Assembly: GCA_020633495.1 (NCBI GenBank)
Contig: JACKDR010000001.1
Coordinates: 374,105 to 438,104 of the forward strand
Origin: Kofleriaceae bacterium
Lineage (GTDB): Bacteria; Myxococcota_A; Polyangia; Haliangiales; Haliangiaceae
Length of the DNA stretch: 64,000 nucleotides
Reading direction: 5' to 3'
Under the pieces are notes generated by a model. The model was not told the origin of the DNA. It saw only the letters and a list, made by a program, of their open reading frames with translations, and made no database searches. Positions 58,986-64,000 of this stretch are shown here, piece by piece. The translations under genes were made by a program, and so were the position numbers. The first letter of the stretch is position 1, and the number at the start of each line of letters is the position of its first letter.

Positions 58986-60839
58986 TTGCGACTAGTGTCC
59001 GCCGCCGTGACCGAGAGTCAGACCTCCGCCACCGCCTCGTCCTCCGCGTCGGCCGCCGCCCCCCGCGGCGAGCTGACCGTGCCCGCGATCATCGCGGCCT
59101 TGCTGGTCGCCGCGATCATGGGCGCCAGCTACCCGTACATGGTGCTGAAGCTCGGCTTCGGCCCCAACGTGTCGGTGGTCGCGGCGTTCTTCGGCTTCAT
59201 CATCCTGAACCTGATCTCGTACCGGACCTACGATCGCTGGCAGAACAACATCGTCCAGACCGCGGGCACCTCGGCGGCCCAGACCGCCTTCATGTGCGTG
59301 CTGCTGGGCGCGTTCGACATGCTGCGCGAGGCCAAGGCGATCGACGTCGAGCTGAGCCCGTTCGGCTCGTTCCTGTGGCTGACCACCGCGTGCAGCCTCG
59401 GCGTGTTGCTGGCGGTGCCGCTGCGCCGCCACTTCATCGTCGACGAGAAGCTGCCGTTCGTCGACGGCGTCGCCGCCGGCGAGACGCTGATCGTGCTGGA
59501 TCCGCCGCGCGGCAAGGACCGCGACCCGGAGCTGTTCAAGAAGGCCAAGCAGGCCACCTGGGCCCTGGTCATCGGCGTCGTCGCGTCGGGCGCGTTCATG
59601 GCGGTCCGCGACGAGGCCCAGATCCTCAAGTGGGTGAGCGACGCCTGGGTGCCGACGTGGGTGATCGGCTCGGTGGTGCTGGCCAAGATGGGCGTCGGCT
59701 ACGCCTACGGCTTCCTGTCCCTGGGCTCCGGCATGCTGATCGGCCTGCGCATCAACGTCAGCATGATGCTCGGCGGCGTCCTCGCCTGGATCGTCCTGCC
59801 GCCCCTGCTGGTCGACCACGGCATCGTGCCGCCCAACCCGACCAAGACCCAGGTGCTGCTGACCTGGGTGATGTGGCCGGCCACCGGCATGCTGGTCGCC
59901 GGCGGCCTCGCGGCCCTGGCCCTGCGCTGGCGCCTGCTGATCGACACCTTCAAGAGCCTGCGCAACGCCCGCATCGGCTCGACCGAGTTCCCGCTCAAGT
60001 GGGTGGTCGCCGGCATCTGCGTCCTCAGCGTCGCGCTGTGCGCGGTGCAGTACATCATGCTCGACATGCCGATCTGGATGACCACCGCGGCCATCGTGCT
60101 GTCGGTGCCGCTGATGCTGGTCGGCCTGCGCGTCCTCGGCGAGACCAACTGGGGCCCGATCAGCGCGCTGTCCAACATGATGCAGGGCGTGTTCGCCGCG
60201 ATCGCACCGGGCAACATCGGCGCCAACATGGTCGCCAGCGGCACCGCCGGCACCGTCGCGGTGTCGTCCGAGGCCATCATGCAGGACTACAAGTGCGGCG
60301 AGGTCCTGGGCTCGACGCCGCGCAGCCTGACCATCGCGCAGCTGCTGGCCGTGCCGGTCGGCGCCGCCGCGGTGGCGTGGACCTACCAGGCGCTGGTCGG
60401 CACCTACGGCATCACCGCCCAGAACTTCCTGATGCACCCGGCCAAGGAGATGACGGAGCCCGGCCTGGCCTCGCCGATCTCGGTCAAGTGGGCCGGCTTC
60501 GCCCAGATCCTGCGCGAGGGCGTCGGCGTCCTGCCGAGCTCGGCGCTGTGGGCCCTGCTCGGCTTCTCGGTGCTCGGCATCATCCTCACCGTCCTCGAGA
60601 GCCGGCCCCGCCTGAAGAAGTGGGTGCCGTCGCCGACCGGCATCGGCATCGGCATGCTGGTGCCGTTCGCGGTCATCGCGGCGATGTTCGTCGGCGGCAT
60701 CCTGGGCACGGTCTGGGAGAAGACCGACAAGAAGTCCGCGGACACGTACATGGTGCCGTTCGCGTCCGGCCTGATCGCCGGCGAGGCCATGGTCGCGGTC
60801 CTGGTGCCGCTGCTGCTGTGGCTCGGCCTCGGCGGCTGA
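58986..60839 (+). CDS. OPT-family oligopeptide transporter.
   Basis: 617 aa, about 16 TM. Typical OPT N-terminal organisation. Confidence 0.78.
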   Translation: MRLVSAAVTESQTSATASSSASAAAPRGELTVPAIIAALLVAAIMGASYPYMVLKLGFGPNVSVVAAFFGFIILNLISYRTYDRWQNNIVQTAGTSAAQTAFMCVLLGAFDMLREAKAIDVELSPFGSFLWLTTACSLGVLLAVPLRRHFIVDEKLPFVDGVAAGETLIVLDPPRGKDRDPELFKKAKQATWALVIGVVASGAFMAVRDEAQILKWVSDAWVPTWVIGSVVLAKMGVGYAYGFLSLGSGMLIGLRINVSMMLGGVLAWIVLPPLLVDHGIVPPNPTKTQVLLTWVMWPATGMLVAGGLAALALRWRLLIDTFKSLRNARIGSTEFPLKWVVAGICVLSVALCAVQYIMLDMPIWMTTAAIVLSVPLMLVGLRVLGETNWGPISALSNMMQGVFAAIAPGNIGANMVASGTAGTVAVSSEAIMQDYKCGEVLGSTPRSLTIAQLLAVPVGAAAVAWTYQALVGTYGITAQNFLMHPAKEMTEPGLASPISVKWAGFAQILREGVGVLPSSALWALLGFSVLGIILTVLESRPRLKKWVPSPTGIGIGMLVPFAVIAAMFVGGILGTVWEKTDKKSADTYMVPFASGLIAGEAMVAVLVPLLLWLGLGG

Positions 60840-60858
60840 GCGGCCGCCGCCGCGCGCG

Positions 60859-61998
60859 CTACAGGCCCAGCACGATCGCGGCCCAGTAGGCGCCCCACAG
60901 CCCGACGTCCTTGCCATACACCGGCCGACCCGGCAGGCTGGCGGCGGTGCCGCCGCCGCGCGCCGGCGCGACGCCGGTGGGCGCCACCGGGTAGCCGTGG
61001 GCCATGCCGTCGACGGTGACCGTCGCGATCAGCAGGCGGCCGTCGCCGTCGCGGTACTCGCGGTAGACGTGGCCGGCGTGGCCGGGATCGAGGCGGCCCT
61101 CGACCTCGGGGGTCTGGTCGGCGCCCTGCGCCGCGGTCCACTGATCGACGAGCTCGCGGGTGAAGCTGGGGTGCACCGTGGCGTCGGCGGTGCCGACGAT
61201 CGCGATCACCGGCGGGTACGGGCCGGGGCCCGGCATGACCGCGGCGCGCGCCGCCGGGGTCTCGTCGTGCTCGGTGAAGAAGTAGCCGAGGGCGCCGACG
61301 TCGGTGCCGGTGTAGCCGCGGTACGGCAGCGCGGCGTCGACGACGGCGCCGGCGAAGCGCCCCGGGTGGACCGCCAGCAGATCGACGACCAGCGCCGCGC
61401 CCGACGAGAAGCCGGCGAGGTAGACGCGGTCGGGATCGACGTCGACCGCGGCGGCCGCGGCGTCGATCATCGCGACCACGCCGGCGGCGTCGCCGCCGCC
61501 GGCCTGGGCCTCGGCGCTCCACCAGTCGAAGCACTGCTGGACCTGGCTCGCCTCCTCGGCGTGGACCGTGACGAAGCCGCGGGCGTCGGCGAGCTGGTTC
61601 CAGCCGCCGTTGGCGGCGTGGACCGCGGCGTCCTCCCAGCAGCCGTGCAGCACCACCACCAGCGGGCGCGGCTCGCCCACCGGTAGCCCGGGCGGCACGT
61701 GCAGGTAGCCGGCGAGCCCGCCGAAGTCGCCGGCCAGCGGCGCGAACCCGACCGGGTCGTGCAGCGCGGCGTCGGGCGCGACGACCGCGGCGTCGATCGT
61801 CGCGTCGGCCGGCGACGCCGCGTCGGGCGTCGCGGCGTCGAGCCGCGCCGCGTCGGGCGACGCCGCGTCCGGGGCGACGTCGTCGCCGGCGCCGGCGTCG
61901 GGATCGTCGGCGGCCCACGGCGGCTTGGCGAACGCGCAGCCCGCCGCCGCCGCGACGGCGGTGACGACGACGGCGGCGACGACGGACGGAGCGCGCAT
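60859..61998 (-). CDS. PHB-depolymerase-family esterase (lipoprotein).
   Basis: Lipobox (AAAGC). Motifs [12 protein letters not shown] and AGFSSGA. Confidence 0.68.
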   Translation of the reverse strand: MRAPSVVAAVVVTAVAAAAGCAFAKPPWAADDPDAGAGDDVAPDAASPDAARLDAATPDAASPADATIDAAVVAPDAALHDPVGFAPLAGDFGGLAGYLHVPPGLPVGEPRPLVVVLHGCWEDAAVHAANGGWNQLADARGFVTVHAEEASQVQQCFDWWSAEAQAGGGDAAGVVAMIDAAAAAVDVDPDRVYLAGFSSGAALVVDLLAVHPGRFAGAVVDAALPYRGYTGTDVGALGYFFTEHDETPAARAAVMPGPGPYPPVIAIVGTADATVHPSFTRELVDQWTAAQGADQTPEVEGRLDPGHAGHVYREYRDGDGRLLIATVTVDGMAHGYPVAPTGVAPARGGGTAASLPGRPVYGKDVGLWGAYWAAIVLGL

Positions 61999-62016
61999 CG
62001 GAGCCTCCTGGGGGCG

Positions 62017-63345
62017 CTACAGCACCACGCGAGCGGTGAAGAACAGCGACCGGTGGCCGGTGGCCTGGTCCTCGCCGCCGACCTGGCGCACGAAGAACGC
62101 GGCGCGCAGCCCGACCGACAGCGAGTCCTCGACCCAGTACGTGGTCGCGACGTTGAGGTAGTGCTCGCGGGTGTGCTGGTCGAGCTCGAGGGTGTCGACC
62201 ATCGCGTACTGCACGCCGACGCCGTCGTGGCCGCGGTAGTCGTAGTCGACCCCGCCCGACGCCGTGTACGAGTGGTACGTCTGGGTCAGGCGCATCGTCG
62301 CGTCGGTGCCGTCGAGCATCTCGTTCTCGTTGCGCGACAGGTTGACGAACGGCCGCAGCTGACCGCCGTCGAGCTTGGCCATCAGGTTGGCGCGCAGGTT
62401 GTAGCCACGGATCGCGTCGTCGGAGGCGATCGCCATCTGGGTGTCGAGCGAGTACAGCTGCACCGCCGCCTTGGCCTCGAGGAAGCCGTCTTTCCAGGTC
62501 ACCGACGGGGTCGCGAAGTAGATGTGCAGGTTCTGGTCGGGCAGGTTGTTCTGGCTGCGGCCGACCTGCGCCGCCGCCAGGTAGAACGGGCGGTCGAACG
62601 GGTGCAGCTCGCCGCCGATGATCAGCGTGCCGGTGATGCCGGTCGGGTTGGTCGAGTGGAACGCCAGCCCGGCGGTGACGTGGTCGGTCAGCGCCACCGA
62701 GCCGAACAGGCCGGTGCCGCGATCGGCGCCCGAGAACAGCAGCGGATCGCGGGTGTAGACGTCGGTCAAGAGGAGATCGGCGACGTGCGCCGACACGAAG
62801 TCGAAGGTCGCCTCGTCGACGACGCGCCCGGCGGCGATCGACACCCGGCCGCGGGTGTAGCGCAGGTACTGGCTGCGCACCGCCAGCGCCGCCTGGCCCT
62901 CCCAGACGCTGGCGCCGTAGCCGAGGCCGCCGCCGAGGCTGGCCTCGAGCTCGCTGGCGAACTGGACGTGGTCGCCGAGCTGGCCGGCGATGCCGAGCCG
63001 CGACACCGCGACGGTCGGGTGGCGGGCCTCGGCGGTCTCGTCGGGGCGCTGGTGCAGGCTCTCGAGCCGCATGCCGCCGGCGATCGCGCCGATCGGCTCG
63101 ATCTTGCGCCACGGCCGGGTCGACGCGCCCGGCGCCGCCGCGGCGAGCGTCTCGGTGTCGAGCACGGTGGCCGGCGCGTCGTCGATCGCGACGTCGACGA
63201 CGTCGGCGCCGTCGTCGTCCACCGGATCGCCGCCGTCGTCGTCGTCGGTGGCGACCGCCACCGCGGGCCGCAGGCCGGCGCCGGCGCGCGCCGGCGCCGC
63301 GATCGCGACCAGCGCCAGGGGGACCAGGGTCAGGGTGGCGCGCAC
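62017..63345 (-). CDS. Outer-membrane beta-barrel protein.
   Basis: Signal peptide after a GTG start. Alternating amphipathic strands. Confidence 0.5.
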   Translation of the reverse strand: MRATLTLVPLALVAIAAPARAGAGLRPAVAVATDDDDGGDPVDDDGADVVDVAIDDAPATVLDTETLAAAAPGASTRPWRKIEPIGAIAGGMRLESLHQRPDETAEARHPTVAVSRLGIAGQLGDHVQFASELEASLGGGLGYGASVWEGQAALAVRSQYLRYTRGRVSIAAGRVVDEATFDFVSAHVADLLLTDVYTRDPLLFSGADRGTGLFGSVALTDHVTAGLAFHSTNPTGITGTLIIGGELHPFDRPFYLAAAQVGRSQNNLPDQNLHIYFATPSVTWKDGFLEAKAAVQLYSLDTQMAIASDDAIRGYNLRANLMAKLDGGQLRPFVNLSRNENEMLDGTDATMRLTQTYHSYTASGGVDYDYRGHDGVGVQYAMVDTLELDQHTREHYLNVATTYWVEDSLSVGLRAAFFVRQVGGEDQATGHRSLFFTARVVL

Positions 63346-63346
63346 G

Positions 63347-64000
63347 TCAGTCCTCCAGGGCGGCGACGACCTTGGCCAGGCCGGCCTCGCTGCGCACGCT
63401 GCCGTAGTGGTTGCGGAAGAAGCCGTTGTAGAAGTAGCCGCTGGTGTCGAAGTCGTTGAGGCCGTCGAGCAGGTTGGCGGCGCATGCGGTCGGGTACAGG
63501 CGCGACGCGTGCTCGGACACGAACTCGTCCTGCTGGCTGCCCTGCTCGATGTCGCGCATCGTGATCGTCGTGTACGCGACGGTGTGGCCGTCGCAGGCGT
63601 CGCGGCGCCCGAACGCGTAGTCACCGTCGGCGCACGGCGTCTCCCACCAGCCGCCCCACTCGCCGCCGGTGTCGGCGATGGGCGGGCCGTTGAGCGGCCG
63701 GCCGAACGCGGTCTGGGTGTACTGGTTGCGCTGCCCCATCTCGCAGGTGACGGTGCCGCGCATGGTCAGGTTGGCGCCGCACTGGCTGGCGAAGCTGACG
63801 ACGCCGTGGTGGGCGCCCGACGCGACGATGACGTCGCGGATCCGGCCGAACGGGTTGATCGACCAGGTGCCGTCGACCCACTCGACCCACAGGCGGCGCA
63901 GGGCGTCGCGCACCGACGTCGCGCCCAGCGAGAACCCGACCACCGACAGCTCGCGGTCGGGGTTGGCCTCGGCGACCCGTCGGATCAGCTCCTCGACGAT
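63347..64000 (-). CDS. Alpha/beta-hydrolase lipase/esterase. Partial: the N-terminus lies beyond the window end.
   Basis: GxSxG elbow (VVGFSLGA). The open frame continues past 63943. Confidence 0.5.
   Translation of the reverse strand: MVEELIRRVAEANPDRELSVVGFSLGATSVRDALRRLWVEWVDGTWSINPFGRIRDVIVASGAHHGVVSFASQCGANLTMRGTVTCEMGQRNQYTQTAFGRPLNGPPIADTGGEWGGWWETPCADGDYAFGRRDACDGHTVAYTTITMRDIEQGSQQDEFVSEHASRLYPTACAANLLDGLNDFDTSGYFYNGFFRNHYGSVRSEAGLAKVVAALED

Overview
This is a very high-GC (about 72-74 %) chromosomal segment with no rRNA, tRNA or CRISPR array. It almost certainly comes from a myxobacterium (Myxococcota). Two secreted proteins end in MYXO-CTERM sorting tails (28595-32644 and 57013-58104). 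The window also holds a Hanks-type Ser/Thr kinase, an OmpA/thrombospondin-type-3 protein, large PKD-repeat adhesin-like proteins and many lipoproteins. I support about 55 genes.

Main contents, in order:
- 1.5-7.0 kb, minus strand: a tightly packed Ser/Thr kinase / TPR protein / SAM methyltransferase / ATP-dependent RNA ligase / HD-Pnk end-healing enzyme cassette, joined by GTGA start-stop overlaps.
- 7-12 kb: a Cys-rich repeat lipoprotein, then a Mur-ligase-like / CysG-N-domain / AlkB / ArsB-NhaD gene set.
- 12-16 kb: a TetR-controlled hydrolase / AurF-like di-iron oxygenase / nitroreductase cluster.
- 19.6-21.6 kb, minus strand: a full-length group II intron with an En-minus RT/maturase; its domain V lies inside the IEP reading frame. 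It is inserted just upstream of a metallophosphoesterase gene.
- 32.7-41.4 kb: a MoxR / DUF58 / vWA (Bat-like) operon that is riddled with frame disruptions.
- 43.2-47.6 kb: an ebo-type cluster (eboA, TatD/eboB, eboE, alkaline-phosphatase-family eboF). The missing UbiA prenyltransferase sits 7 kb away, next to an inositol-3-phosphate-synthase-family gene and a sugar-phosphate isomerase (54.0-57.0 kb).
- Between these two ebo parts: an AcoR-like sigma-54 activator / aldehyde dehydrogenase / DUF779 module, and a Y1 (IS200/RAYT-like) transposase with adjacent GTCGCGGG tandem repeats.

Many genes appear frameshifted (DUF2891, porin, vWA genes, moxR at a (GC)8 tract, the sigma-54 activator, a lipoprotein). 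This suggests indel errors in the assembly, and possibly some genuine pseudogenes.

Limits: all calls rest on reading the six-frame translations and motifs by eye. No database search was possible. Start codons and intron ends are approximate.
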